Notes under the pieces: generated by a model
Databases searched by the model: none
Seen by the model: the letters and a program-made list of their open reading frames with translations, nothing else
Told to the model about the DNA's origin: nothing
Shown here: positions 12,401 through 25,732 of the stretch, piece after piece
Position numbering within the stretch: the stretch's first letter is position 1
How the letters are laid out: each line of letters opens with the position of its first letter
DNA from: Rhynchobatus australiae
Lineage: Eukaryota
Length of the DNA stretch: 63,989 nucleotides
Direction: 5' to 3'
Assembly (NCBI GenBank): GCA_034780895.1
Contig: JAUZTB010000027.1
Span: 12,059,641-12,123,629, forward strand
Made by a program: the position numbers and the translations under genes

Positions 12401-14770
12401 GAGTTGGGCATTTGTCTTCCCTGGTAGAAGAATGGATAAGCACTGGCCAAGTTAGCGTTCTGGATTACTGTCGAAATGCAGAATTCAAATTGGAGTGTCA
12501 GCTGAATTTTGGAAGCTTCATAGTTTTATTGATGACCTGTGATCTGGTCGCTTTCTATACTTCACAAATCCTGTTACTTTTATTGAATATTGTGTTTTAC
12601 TTTCTGAAGCTGTATCTGGTTGATGTGTGTGCCATTTATTTCACCAGCACATCATGCACATTTAGATCTAAAACCATGCAGCATACAAAGTGACCATCTA
12701 TATTTGTACTGCATTGCTATTTTTCAATGCTAAATGTAAGTTTGCGACTGAATTTGTTGATTGTTAAAATGATTCCATCACAAAGTTGGTTGTTTTGCAC
12801 AGCTTAATAAGTATACCTGCACACACATCAGCTAAGTTTTTGTGTGTGTATTTGTGTCTCAAGGATGCCTAAGCTATTTTCAGCAACAACTTCTCCCATG
12901 AATCCAATTGACGTATAAGTTGTCCTTGTCAATAATTAGATTTACAAGTAAAATACCCAGGTCAAGTATCCAAGACCTCTGTTTTCATCTGCTCTTTAAT
13001 ATATTAGAGTTATGCTGTAATCATTGGACCTATTTAACCCTGATTTTAAAAGAGTATTGGTTCATGCACTTCTAATGTGTCAATGCACTGTTTCTATGAC
13101 CCTAATAACTCATTGCCTTAACTTATTTTAATCACTATCAGTGCCAGTTTTAAACCTATAACCACTGATATTATTATTTTTGTATAATGTAACTTAATAT
13201 GTTGTTGGCAGACAAACTGCTCATTTTCCCCCTAATCCAGTAAATAGTCTCTTTCAGCCATGATTTATTGAAATGCTAGTGCAGCAAGAAGAGTGAAATA
13301 GTTTATTTTTTCAAGTTTATTTTGGCACATTGATAAAATTATTAGTGTTTGTTGCTAATAGAGACCTTGACATATTTAACAGACATTTCAACACACAGTA
13401 CTTGGATTAATTGTAACATTTCACTTAATTGGACCTCTGCATTATTTGATTTGACAAGCAACCCATGGACTATAACTTGGCATTATAGCCTTGACTACTG
13501 TTTTCACTAATGTTCACCCATTATTCAAATAGATCATTCCTCTGTTTAAGTTTGATGAATGGCGGAAGTGAGAGATTATGGCTTTTTTTTTCATATTTTT
13601 GTACCAGTCTTCTTGCAAAAGAGACTTTTCATGCTGGATGAGTAAATAGTAGCATTATTTCTTGAATGGATAATGATTTAATGATGCAGTTCATTTTACT
13701 TTGTGCATCCTGCACATATTAAGTGCCCTGCTATTTCTATTGGTAGAATGTATTAGGATTGCTTGCTTGGAGGCCCCTTTTGTAAATGGACATCGCCAAA
13801 GTAAGCTATCCTATTGACGTTGACTGTCACTGTGATATTTATTTCAGGTTGATAAGTAGCATGCTGCTTGAAATTTACCTTTTAACTTATGAATGGCAAC
13901 AGACCATTAAAGATTATTTCAACTTGTAACAGTTTCTGCATCAGTCTCATTCACAAACTTTTTCAACTTGTGATGGGACATTGAGACATTTCACTGTTCT
14001 CCAGATGCCTTTGGTAAATAGAGATAATTTTGGCACATTGTTAAGTCAGACCAGCTGTTAGTCTGAAATGAAGTTGCATTATAATTCTTGCGTTCTTTGG
14101 ATGCTGATTGCAGCCCAGACACTCTAGTTGGAATGGTAACGTTAGATAAGAACAGGACCGGGATTGATGCTGAATCTTCAGATGCTAAGGCTTGCACATG
14201 GAGAAAAGCCACCTGGTCGAGGTTGTGGAAACCTACTGGCATCTGTGGAATAGGAGTTGGTGACCTCTGGAAGGGAAAAAGCAAAATTGGCACAAAGAAA
14301 ACATCACCATGTCAATTTTTAGAAGTTTTTTGTCTTTAATTTTGACACACCATGAGGAAAGAAATTCATGGTTCATGACTTCTGCCTGAATTAGCCTTTG
14401 TAGAACACTACACAGAAGGGTTTATGTGACTAGGATATTTCATTGATAAACAACTGCTGCATGCAGCATTAACTTATACATTTCTGTTACATGAATTTCT
14501 CTGAAAACACCTAAAGAATTGTTATCCTGTGTATAACCAATGAAAATTGTATAAATGCATGTAAAATAGTGAAGATCTATATGTTTTTTTTTGGTCATTG
14601 TGAGTGAGAATTTCTTTAAGTTTATGCTAGAGTAATGTTAAAATGTCACAAGATTTATTGTACTTCAGTTAGCTGAAATTTTGCACATTAAATTATTTGC
14701 TGGTGTATAATGTTAGTGGATATTTTGTGTCAAACACCGATGCTGGTTAGAATTCTGCAAAGTTGCACAA

Positions 14771-14776
14771 AATAAA
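14771..14776 (+). terminator. Candidate ATMIN polyadenylation signal (implies a ~5.3 kb 3' UTR)
   Basis: AATAAA at the end of a long AU-rich, repeat-poor stretch, followed by GT-rich sequence (tgtgtcttagtttggtttgt). Repeat density rises right after it. Confidence 0.5.
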
Positions 14777-15099
14777 GATCAGTTTATTCAATATGAATAG
14801 TGTGTCTTAGTTTGGTTTGTTAGTATCTGNNNNNNNNNNNNNNNNNNNNNNNNNNNNNNNNNNNNNNNNNNNNNNNNNNNNNNNNNNNNNNNNNNNNNNN
14901 NNNNNNNNNNNNNNNNNNNNNNNNNNNNNGTTAGTATCTGCCTTTTGAAGTGCTTTTGTCAGATTGTCTTACATTATGGAATCTAGTTATAGTGACTTGC
15001 TTTCTTAAGTTTTATCGGGGGAGGTGGGGGGTTAGCTGCACACCTGGCATTTTGTCAAATCAGTGCATAGTTTTGTGTCTGGATTATACTCATTGTCTT

Positions 15100-15450
15100 A
15101 ACTGCATCTATCAGATATATATAGGGTAGGTAGTCATGTCTTTGTATCATAGTATGGGTATGAGAAACGAGGGCATAGGTTTAAAGTGAAAGTTAAGAGA
15201 TTTACAGGGGATCTTAGAGGTAGGTTTTGTTTTTACACAGTGGTTGATATCTGGAATATCTGCCAGAGGAGGTGGTGGAATCAGACATAATTACATTAAG
15301 AGGCATTTAGACAGACACTTAAATAGGTAAGGCACAGAATGATATGGTCCTAATGTGGGCAAATGGGATAGTGTAGATGGGCAAAAAGGTTGGCGTGCAT
15401 GTGGTGGGCTGAAGGGCCTGTTTCTATGCTGCACAACTCTGACTCTGATT
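15100..15450 (+). mobile_element. CR1-clade LINE 3' fragment
   Basis: gagggcataggtttaaagtg...ggtgggctgaagggcctgtttctatgctgcacaactctgactct. Confidence 0.78.
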
Positions 15451-16221
15451 GGAAATACCTAAATCAGTTTTGTTTGTGAGGCATTCAGCTANNNNNNNNN
15501 NNNNNNNNNNNNNNNNNNNNNNNNNNNNNNNNNNNNNNNNNNNNNNNNNNNNNNNNNNNNNNNNNNNNNNNNNNNNNNNNNNNNNNNNNNNGTGAGGCAT
15601 TCAGCTATTACAAAAACAATTCTGATTTGTTTTTCCTTTGGTCTTGAATGCTTTTTTTTGAGGTCTGATCTTGTGGATAGATTGGGTATGTTAATGAAAT
15701 AAAACTAGAGAAAATGCCACTTAACTGTAGATTCTGAACAGCTTTTTCCACCTAGGCCAAAGAATCACAGTGTACAGAATCACACAGTGTACCTGCTTCT
15801 TTCATTGAGATTTACACTGGGGATTAGAGTTTATGAAAATCTACATGCAAAATCAGCCACAAGGGTTCTCTCCCTCTTACCAATATTCTTGAGGTGAAAA
15901 ATACCTTCAGGTTATGGTTCCAATATTTGCCTTGCTCAGGCAGTCATTCGCAAGAAACTCAACACAAATAAAATCAGGAACTGGAAATATTCAGCAAGTC
16001 AGGCAGCATAGGTGTTAACTCTTAATCATCATCTTGTATTTTTTTTAACTTCAGTAACTTTACCAGACTAGTCAATAGCAGTGAACGTTTGCAAATGAGC
16101 TCAATCCTAGACTCAGCATCTAGATCTCAGTACTTCAATTGGGCTTGCCAACTTTGAGTGTGGAAATGCTAACTTTATTTCTGTTTACTCAGAGATGACT
16201 GTACAAGATTATTCATTATAG

Positions 16222-16345
16222 AGTCATTGAGTCATACAGCACAGAAGCTGGTCCTTCAGCCCAACTGGTCCATGCTGACGAAGATTCCCATCTGAGCTAA
16301 CCCAATTTGCCCATGTTTGGCCCATATCCCGCTGACCTTGTACCT
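16222..16345 (-). mobile_element. CR1-type 3' tail (LINE or SINE)
   Basis: gagtcatacagcacagaagctggtccttcagcccaactggtccatgctgac...cccatgtttggcccatatccc is the reverse complement of the CR1 tail seen elsewhere. Confidence 0.65.
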
Positions 16346-16851
16346 GTCCAGGTTCTCTTAATTTATGGTACTCACACTGTGTCAGTTTAATCTGCAGAAA
16401 ACTTTGCCATTCTGTCTCCATGAGGAAAAATAAACCCTTGGGACAAATCTAATTTCTTGAGATTTGAGAAGGAGACCTTTTTCAATTTGTCATACTTTCA
16501 ATGACTATATTTCCTTTGCTACATTTACAAGTGTGAAACTAATTGAAGTTACTTTCGTTGTAGTAAACGTTAAAAGTCATATCAGATCTGTTGGTGACAC
16601 AATAGGTGGGAGAGGTTTTCAACAATAACCTTCATTCATATCTACATAATAGCAAAATATTGCAAGGTTTAAATGTTATAACATTAAAAAAATGACACTA
16701 ATCTATGTAAGATAGTAGGAAATGGATAGCCAAGAACTTGGTAAGAGGAGGGATTTTGTTTTTTGGGGACTGGTGAGGTTAGAATGCAAAAACATTGATA
16801 TCTTCCAGGGTTGTTGTGCTGGAGGGGATTAAAGAGATGGCAAGGGGCCAG

Positions 16852-17675
16852 AGAAACAAAGGACTGCAGGTGCTGGAATCTGGATGAAAAACACGATGAT
16901 GCTGGAGGAACTCAGCAGGTCAGGTGCATCTGTGGAGAAAAGCAGGTGGTGAACATTTTGGGTCAGGACCCTTCAGGACTGAAGGCATTAAAAGGGAAAG
17001 CCCAATTTATAGGAGAGGAAAGCAGAGCAGTGATAGGTGGACAAAAGAGGGGAGGTGGGGTGGGCACACAGTAGTGATGGGTAGATGCAGGTTGAAGATG
17101 GTGATAGGCAGATGAGGGGAGAGCAGATCCATTGGGGGATGGGTCAAAGGTTAGAGAGGGAAAAAAAAGGGATAGAAAAAAAGAGGTTAGGAAAGGGAAG
17201 AAAAGGCATGGTGGGGGGTGGGGGGAGAAAGGGTGTGGGGATTACTTAAAGTGGGAGAATTCAATTTTCATGCCGTTAGGCTGAGTAGTGAACTAGGGAG
17301 TTCTGGAGAGCAGTCCCTGTGTGTGAAAGGCAGAAAGGGGTGGGGAGGGGAAGATAGACTTGGTAGTAGGTCCCATTGGAGATGGCGGAAGTGGCATAAA
17401 ATGATGGTTTTGGATATGTAAACTGGTGGGATGACAAGGGGGATCATATTCCCTATTGAGTCTGGGAGGGGTGGGAGTGAGAGCAGACGTGCGGGAAATG
17501 TCAGAGATACGGTTGCAAGCTCCCTCGACCACAGTCGGGGGGAAGTCCTGGTTAGAAAAGAAGTTGGACATCTCGGGTGTCCTGGAGTGGAAAGCCTCAT
17601 CATGGGAGCAGATGCGGTGGAGAAATTGAGAAAAAGGGATCACGTCCTTACAAGTGACAGGGTGGCAAGGGGCCA
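16852..17675 (-). mobile_element. Penelope-like retroelement fragment, same family as 26712-28372
   Basis: HPVTCKDVIPFSQFL..ICSHDEAFHSRT.EMSNFF matches the copy at 27702-28256. The terminal region (gatgctggaggaactcagcaggtcagg... agcagtgataggtgga) is near-identical to 26722-26893. Confidence 0.85.
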
Positions 17676-18597
17676 TACTATTTAAGTAATTGAACATAAG
17701 GAGCATTTTTAAATCTCTCAGTTTAACCAAGAAATGATGTTAGATCAGAAAAATGGGCACAGAGATTGAATTGGATGGTGCAAGTTAAAACACAGTAAAT
17801 AGTGTTTTGGATTACTTTTATGGAACATTGAACAAAGGAGACTGGCAACAAAGCTTACAAAGCTCCATCTAGTGTTAGGAGAATATAGCTATAGACATGG
17901 CTTCCAGTACATTACCACTCAATCAAAGAACGCATGGTACTCGTGGTGAAATGGCATGCATTAGAAATATAATATACTGGCCCAGATTTTGCACTTGTAA
18001 TGAGAGAAAAAACTATTAGCACTTGTGAATACACAGAAACTGTTAGTAGCTTTGGTATTTACAGACATGCATAGTTTAACATGGGAATCCTAAATCTGCC
18101 ACCTTTGAATCCTACTCCACAGACCTTATGAGCAAGGAAGATCGCTGATTAATGAGAAATTATTTACATACTAGTCCTGCTGCAAGGATAGGCTGAAAAT
18201 GTTATACTTAATATTTTTAAAGCCAATGTCAGTTTTTAATAGCTAGGTTAGCCACACTTTCTGCCCAAAAGAAATCATTAATTTAGGGTGTTTGGATTGT
18301 AATTCCCATTCGTTTTAAAACAATGGATTTTAAATGTCAACTTCATAAGCTTCTACCTTGTTTCAGACTTTATTTCACAGTCTGTTTTTAAGAAGAAAAA
18401 TTGTGTTATGTTCTTCCTGGCTTTCCCTCTGTGAGAATTCTGTGATGAGATTTGTCTGCTAAACCAGCTTGCTGATATAATGCTACTCAATGCCAAGTAT
18501 CAGTTTGAACATCAGGTAAAGGGAAGTCCACCACACAGATGGTGGATCATTATGGGTGTTTTTTTTTTAAGGCCAACAAGCAAGAACTGTGCACCAT

Positions 18598-18725
18598 GGA
18601 ATAAAAACAGAAAATGCTAGAAACACTCAACAGGTCAGGCAGCATCTGTTATGTGTTCTCTTTCCATGGATGCTGCTTGACCTGCTAAGTATTTCTAGCA
18701 TTTTCCATTTTTATTTCAGATTTCT
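18598..18725. repeat. Fold-back (inverted) element made of two Penelope-like termini
   Basis: aataaaaacagaaaatgctagaaacactcaacaggtcaggcagcatc (~18600-18646) pairs with gatgctgcttgacctgctaagtatttctagcattttccatttttatt (~18669-18716) around a ~22-nt loop. Confidence 0.85.
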
Positions 18726-19772
18726 GGCACTTTTTTTCTCATTTTTCCTTTTCCTGTGCATTGTGGATTCATCATTGACTACAAAATCCATGCCAGTCAA
18801 GGCCCCTGAGTCAGGGTTGCATTATATTTTTTGGGTTCTCATTTACCATTAACCAGACATCCTCCCCATCCCACTCTTCATCTCGTCTCTCTGCTGCAAC
18901 TCATGAAGAAATGTAAAAGCCCAAGCTGCCACATAGCTTATTCCACTATTAATTAGACCATAGCTGATCTTAATTCTGCTGCCTTCCTGAAGCATTAATA
19001 CCCCCCTGGTCCTGCATGAATCCCAGCTTTGTAATTCTTAGTTGTTACAGCATGAGTAACTTTTTGGAGAGTTTAGGACTGTGTGAAGAAATGTTCCTTG
19101 AGAGTTAGCATCCCTGAAGGGACTATTGAGATTCTCCCACATAAATCCAATTTCTCTCTCAACCCTATCAATCCTTTTAATCACCTGCATTAGATCAGCC
19201 TTTAATCCTCGCCTGGTCTAATGAAGCAGTCCTCCCAATTTAACCCTTTTAGTCCAATATCATCTGGTGAATCTGCTTTGTATAAAGACTTGGGTAACTA
19301 ACACCTCCTCTCATGTTGCCTTCCAGTTCTCTTGAGACAGAAGGCTGGTTTTTCCAAAACAAACCATCTGTGGAAGGGGAAATTGAATCTGAATTAAGAT
19401 TGTATCAGGCTCACACAGTATAAAATTGTGAATGCTTATAGATTCTTTCCTCTGTTCTCGTTGAGCTGAAATAAAATTGTGACACAAGACCATATGCATT
19501 ATAAAGGTCATGATTTAAGACCTTAAGTGTTGCTATGAATGAAGTATAACAATTAAACATCATTTAGGTCCTGAAAATAATTGGATTCATTTTTACAGAA
19601 TAATTTACAGGAACATTTATAATACTGTGAGAGGAGAGAGAAAGATTGTACTTGACCCAAATACAGCCTTGCTGCTCTCCAATAAACTGCTCCGATTATA
19701 TTGTGTCAATATTATTGGGTTGCTAATTTCCCCTTGCCAGAGCCATAGGATTTAGGTGAAGTAAACTTAATA

Positions 19773-20762
19773 CTATAGAAGTCTCAGTGGTAAAACAGAG
19801 ATTGCTATTCTGGGTCCTGAAGGTGGTGATGGGCCTGGCTGTGGGAGCATAGGTAGGATATTCTGGCCTGTGGCTTTTTGTCCTATTCCACTTGCACTTT
19901 TATCAGTTGAGCCACTGTGACTGAAAGCTGACTTCCCAGTGCTATCTTGCTTTATGTTCTTCGTGTGATGTTTTATTATTTTCGAGGGCTGTACCCTTAC
20001 ATTGTGGCATTCCATTAGTTTGGAGACTGGGGCACCATTGATGGGCAAGTTACGGTTGTCTTGCATTAAAGAATATCGCCAGCACCAATGATACACAATC
20101 CTTGTAATACCAACAGGAGGAGAAAGTGCAGTCTTTTCTAACTCGCTGACCTGTAACATAGCCATATTATAACAATGGGTCCTAAGGCAGCACTTGGTGG
20201 TACTGGTGTTACTCTTCTCCAACGTTTCAGTCACAATTTTCAGATTTTGATTGCCATTTTGTGTACCCAAACTAAAAGTCGCCCCTGGTTTGACCCCTGA
20301 AGCAAATGCTTCACCGCCATTGGCCATTTTTACAGGAGGCAGTAGCGAGAAATGTTTTTTTACTGGCTCTTGTTGACTGGTGCTGAAGATAATTTCACAC
20401 TCTTTTTCTTTAGGTGGATTAATTTCGGTCTCTGTCTTGTCTTGGTTTTGAACTTCTTTGCTTGCCTCACTTGCTTGCACCTGTGAAATTGTGGAGCCAT
20501 ACGCATGTATCTTGGTTTGTGAAAAAGCAGGGGGAGTTCTCTGTGGAGAGGAGTTGACATTCTCCCCTTTGGGAATATACACCAATATGCTACTGGATGT
20601 TTTGGAATGTTCAATATCTTGGCCAGTCTTCCTTTCTATGACAGGCACCATCTCTGCACAGACCACACAATGGCTGCCACTTCTCTCCTCTCTTCTTGAT
20701 TTCTTTGTCTTTTTCAATGTAGGAATTGAGTAATGGAGGTTATCTGTTCTCCAGCCATGCAC
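19773..20762 (-). CDS. C16orf46: C16orf46 (DUF4529) homologue, terminal coding exon
   Basis: Acceptor gtttctttttccAG|GTG at 20762 (phase 0) joins in frame to give GWDDA-VHGW. Motifs KKTKKSR...SHCVVC, LLPPVK, HWCWRYSL and C-terminal RIAISVLPLRLL parallel the human protein. Tail-to-tail with ATMIN as at human 16q23. Spliced product about 408 aa. Confidence 0.87.
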   Translation of the reverse strand: MHGWRTDNLHYSIPTLKKTKKSRREERSGSHCVVCAEMVPVIERKTGQDIEHSKTSSSILVYIPKGENVNSSPQRTPPAFSQTKIHAYGSTISQVQASEASKEVQNQDKTETEINPPKEKECEIIFSTSQQEPVKKHFSLLPPVKMANGGEAFASGVKPGATFSLGTQNGNQNLKIVTETLEKSNTSTTKCCLRTHCYNMAMLQVSELEKTALSPPVGITRIVYHWCWRYSLMQDNRNLPINGAPVSKLMECHNVRVQPSKIIKHHTKNIKQDSTGKSAFSHSGSTDKSASGIGQKATGQNILPMLPQPGPSPPSGPRIAISVLPLRLL

Positions 20763-22324
20763 CTGGAAAAAGAAACCTTTAAAATTACATTAGCTGTTTC
20801 ACAGAAATGTAAGTTAATGCACCCTAAAGAGCTATGATGTAGAAAGAGTGCTATGTCACATGGGTAAGTGAGTAATCAAGAATCTCAAATTCAATACTTC
20901 AGTTGAAACATCTCCATCTTCACCAGTTCTGGTCCAACTTAACTATTGCTCCAACCTGCTATTAAATTAAATCAATTTTTTTTTATTTANNNNNNNNNNN
21001 NNNNNNNNNNNNNNNNNNNNNNNNNNNNNNNNNNNNNNNNNNNNNNNNNNNNNNNNNNNNNNNNNNNNNNNNNNNNNNNNNNNNNNNNNNNNNNNNNNNN
21101 NNNNNNNNNNNNNNNNNNNNNNNNNNNNNNNNNNNNNNNNNNNNNNNNNNNNNNNNNNNNNNNNNNNNNNNNNNNNNNNNNNNNNNNNNNNNNNNNNNNN
21201 NNNNNNNNNNNNNNNNNNNNNNNNNNNNNNNNNNNNNNNNNNNNNNNNNNNNNNNNNNNNNNNNNNNNNNNNNNNNNNNNNNNNNNNNNNNNNNNNNNNN
21301 NNNNNNNNNNNNNNNNNNNNNNNNNNNNNNNNNNNNNNNNNNNNNNNNNNNNNNNNNNNNNNNNNNNNNNNNNNNNNNNNNNNNNNNNNNNNNNNNNNNN
21401 NNNNNNNNNNNNNNNNNNNNNNNNNNNNNNNNNNNNNNNNNNNNNNNNNNNNNNNNNNNNNNNNNNNNNNNNNNNNNNNNNNNNNNNNNNNNNNNNNNNN
21501 NNNNNNNNNNNNNNNNNNNNNNNNNNNNNNNNNNNNNNNNNNNNNNNNNNNNNNNNNNNNNNNNNNNNNNNNNNNNNNNNNNNNNNNNNNNNNNNNNNNN
21601 NNNNNNNNNNNNNNNNNNNNNNNNNNNNNNNNNNNNNNNNNNNNNNNNNNNNNNNNNNNNNNNNNNNNNNNNNNNNNNNNNNNNNNNNNTTAAATGTGAG
21701 ATTGCCCTATTGTATAAGAAAAAAAATAGTTTCTCTGCTTCATTCCCAGATGCCCAATAACTGCTGGTAGCGAGGAATCTTATGCCACGGGAAAGAGACT
21801 ATTTGGCCTATCAGGCCTCTGCTAACTCTTATTTTTCTTATCTCTTTTGAAAGTTACTATTAAATTTGCATCAGCTGCCCTTTCAGCCATAGCACACCAA
21901 ATCACAGACATGCTACACTTTTTAAAAAATTGTCTCCATCTCTCCTCTGGATTGTTTGCCAAATATCTTAAAAATGTGAACTGTTTATTTCTCTCCATAG
22001 ATGCTGCCTGACCCACTGATTTCCTCCAGCATTTTGTGTGTGTTGCAGCAGAAGCAAAATACAAGTTTTGATGGATAGGCCGAATAAAGCTTCAACAAAA
22101 AATCCATTCAAAAGACCTTTGGACATTAAAACAATTAGACTTTTACTTGGTAATTGTATTTTCCTATATTTAAAAAAAATAGTCCTAACTTAGGAAAATA
22201 TGTTATAAACACCAGTTTATTAGTGAAAAATATATAATGCCCTATTGTTATAATTCTACAATAATGACAAGCCAACAAAGAGCAATTTTCTGCGATACAT
22301 ATTAAATGATTAACTTTTTAATAT

Positions 22325-22670
22325 CTGTAATAAAAGCAGAAAATGTTGGAAACACTCAGCAGTTCAGGCAGCATCTGTGGAAAGAGCGGTTAGAGCTTCA
22401 GTCAGGGACTCTTCATCACAACTAGGAAAGAGAGCATCTCTTTCACCGTATCATTCTTATCATTCATGAAAAATCTCTTCCAGTGTCTATGAAAGTGAAA
22501 GTGGTTTTGCTTCCCAAGTCCCCTAAGCTTTTTCTCTTTCCCAGTTCTGATGAAGAATCCTAGACCTGAATCATTAACAGTTGCTACTTCCACAGTGGCT
22601 GCCTGAACTGGAGGGTTTCCAACATTGTCTAGTTTTATTTCAGATTGCCACCATCTGCAGATTTTTTTCT
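22325..22670. repeat. Fold-back element with inverted Penelope-like termini
   Basis: Left arm ~22330-22425 and right arm ~22540-22660 are imperfect reverse complements, each with a hammerhead-like remnant (cttcatca / ctgatgaag). Confidence 0.75.
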
Positions 22671-25004
22671 TTTGATTTTTAACAATACCTGTAGATGGGA
22701 CAACAGCAGAAGGCAGGTCTTAGACCCATACCTATAGAGTGCAATGCACACAAGGTTCACCAGCTATCCATCACGCTCTGCATGCATATGCAGAGCTCTA
22801 ATTGATTAAATTTAAACCATTTTAAAGTTTGAGTTTGCACTGTGTCAGAGTTAAAATGTTTTGTTTGTGAATCTCAAATATAATAGAATGCATGTGATCT
22901 TATTTAATTAAATTTTAGGGAACTTGGGAGGCAATACTATTTTCACTTCCATAGGTACTAGAAGGGACTTTGCATTAATGATAAAAATGGTACAGTGAAG
23001 CTGAAACTAAATACATTAGTTGAATTTAGTCCTAAAATTTTGTAACCCTTATAAAACACCAAAGTTTTGTTCTTGCAGTTTCTGGGACTATTTAGACCCT
23101 GAGGTTAATCTACAACTCGCAGTCNNNNNNNNNNNNNNNNNNNNNNNNNNNNNNNNNNNNNNNNNNNNNNNNNNNNNNNNNNNNNNNNNNNNNNNNNNNA
23201 TGATTCATGCAAGTTATCTAACAAAGTGTATTACAGAAAAAAATACTGTAGGTTATTTATTTTTGATAGAATTTTTCTAGGCAAGGATATAAGAGCTGTG
23301 GAGCCAAAATCAGCAGAAGAAATTGCGACAGAATCAACCATAATCCCTTTGGATGGCAGTACTGCCTAAAATCGCTAAATACCCTTCTCGTTTCTTAAAT
23401 TCCTCTAAGCCACAATTAAGTGAGTTAACAATAAAGAATCTGGCTGGGGTTGGGGGCTGGTGGGAGCGAGTCATTGCAATAGGGTTTGATGTTTCTGCTT
23501 CTCATCAGAGTCTGTCACATTTCACTAGCCAGTCAAAGGATGGGCAATTTATCAAGTGCTACAGAAACTTTTTATACCATTACTGTAAACAACAGCAAAG
23601 AAGGAGCATGCCTCAAGCAGTAGCTGATAGCAGCCAAACAGTTANNNNNNNNNNTGCTTGCTATGTTGCCTAATAAGGCACTCACAAAGATGAGATCCTC
23701 TCCTGAAAATATCCATATATCTGAAATGGTATTATTGCACTTACAGATATTACACCTTCTACAGAAGGAAAACAATTTTAAAATGCTTTATTCACATGCT
23801 GTAGGTTGGCCAGCAGTATATTTGAATCTCCAAAATTCTCTGACCAAGCAACTCTGTATGTTTTGAGGATTGTTCATTAAAATATTGACTTCACAGTTTT
23901 CAAGTGAATACACATTTAACTTTGCGGCTACATATATTTTGTTATCATGGAATAATGCTAGTACTGTGTATCATCTGATACACTGTGAACAGCACCACAG
24001 CAGGCACTGTATACAGGAACTTCCAAAACCTCACGTTAAAGCAAACTTTTGGTCACCCAACCTAACATCTTCTCTTGGGCTCCAATGTTCTTCTGATTAG
24101 CTTAACAATGTCTTCCATTAAGATGCTACATTGATGGGAATTGCTGTTGTTAAACTAATTGGTTTACCTAGGTAATATTATCAGAAAGTAACACACAAGT
24201 ATATAATAAATACATTTGTTAAATCTGACAAAGGTGTTCTTTCAAACTGACAGAAAAATTCTACATTTAGTAATTACTCTGTTATTGCCAAGTTGCTCCA
24301 ATTCCCTGAAAATAATTTGCACAGTTGTCCATTCTCCAACATAACCAGCCGACTCCTGTGTTTATTTTTCCACTGAAGAGAGCAAGACTGCTACAAACTT
24401 GGAAACAGAACTATAATTGTCTTACTTGAGTATGCCAGACAATGCAAATTACTCCAAAAGCCAAAACTGGAGTTACTGGAAACCTGATGTAAGAACAGAA
24501 TCTGCTGAAAATATTCAGCAGATCAGGCAGCTGACGAAATGTTAATAAAAATTATTAGCTCAGTTCCTCTTTCCAGAGATGCTGCCAGATATGCTGAACA
24601 TTTCCTTCTTTTTCAATCTTTTTATTGAATTTCAAGTTAATTCAAATTAATATACACAACATTAATGAATATACATATGGTGCGAAGAGATTGGGATAAC
24701 AATAATAACAGTTAATAATATACACTCACAGGGAGTAAAATATATAATGTGGACCTCCCACTCTCTTGCTAAGTGAGCATGATACAAAAAAAATTGAAAA
24801 GAACTTTAGCTGTATGAAAAGAGAATCCANNNNNNNNNNNNNNNNNNNNNNNNNNNNNNNNNNNNNNNNNNNNNNNNNNNNNNNNNNNNNNNNNNNNNNN
24901 NNNNNNNNNNNNNNNNNNNNNNNNNNNNNCAGATGGAATTAGAGTGGATTTAGTGCCGGACGGATTCCAGCTGATGTCTGGTGTGTAAAAAAAAATTAAG
25001 ATGG

Positions 25005-25410
25005 AAATGTGGTCACCGTGGTTCAACGGCTAACACTGTTGCCTCTGAGTCAGAACATTCTGGGCACAAGTTTCACTCCACAGGCTTGAACGTGTAAAAA
25101 AAAACTGAGGCTGACACAAGTACAACAGTGAGGCAGTGCTGCACTGTCACTGGTGCTGTCATTAAGATAAAACATTAAAACAAAGTATTGTCTGTTCTTA
25201 TGAATGTAGAAGATCATATGATACTATTTCAAAGAAGAGCTGTGGAGTGTTCTGGTTTATATTTACCCATTGGCCAACATTGCTACAACCAGATGATCTG
25301 ATCGTAATCTGATGGGGATTTGCTGTGTGCAGATTTGTTTCTTTCCTGCATTACAGTAGCGATTACTTTTCAAAATTATTTAATTTGACATCCCAAGGTT
25401 GTGAAACTGC
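25005..25410 (+). mobile_element. SacSINE1/DeuSINE-like tRNA-derived SINE
   Basis: tRNA-like head (gtggttcaacggctaacactgttgcctctgagtcagaa) followed by a Deu-like core (aggctgacac...gtgctgcactgtc...gaagagc...gtgttctgg..tatttaccc). Paralogous to 45840-46275. Confidence 0.65.
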
Positions 25411-25732
25411 AATTTAACTTTATGTAATATCTCAGCAGCCTCCGGGAAAGTATTTTAATTGCCAGATAGGAATTTCTTTTTTTTTGCTCTTGCCAGAGGC
25501 AAACATATCAAGCAGGGATCTTCACAAATGGTATTTGTTTTAACGAGCTCGTCTCTCCAGAAAATATAGGACCATTCCATTCAGTCTTCTATTTTTATGT
25601 AGTGTATTCGTTTAAAAATGATAAATTAGAAATATACAGAAAAGTTGGTGATCTTGTTAATGTCAATTAATTATGCTTGTTGTATTACATGTTTAACAGA
25701 AAATTCTATGGTGAGAAAGTTAAGCCACTTAC

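Noticed and set aside
20946-21770. Long ORFs consisting mostly of X (also ~26775-27961, 40479-41660 and others)
   Set aside because: Artefacts of translating through assembly N-gaps.
25005-25080. tRNA-like sequence (also ~45840-45900)
   Set aside because: These are degenerate SINE heads without a full cloverleaf and are attached to SINE bodies.
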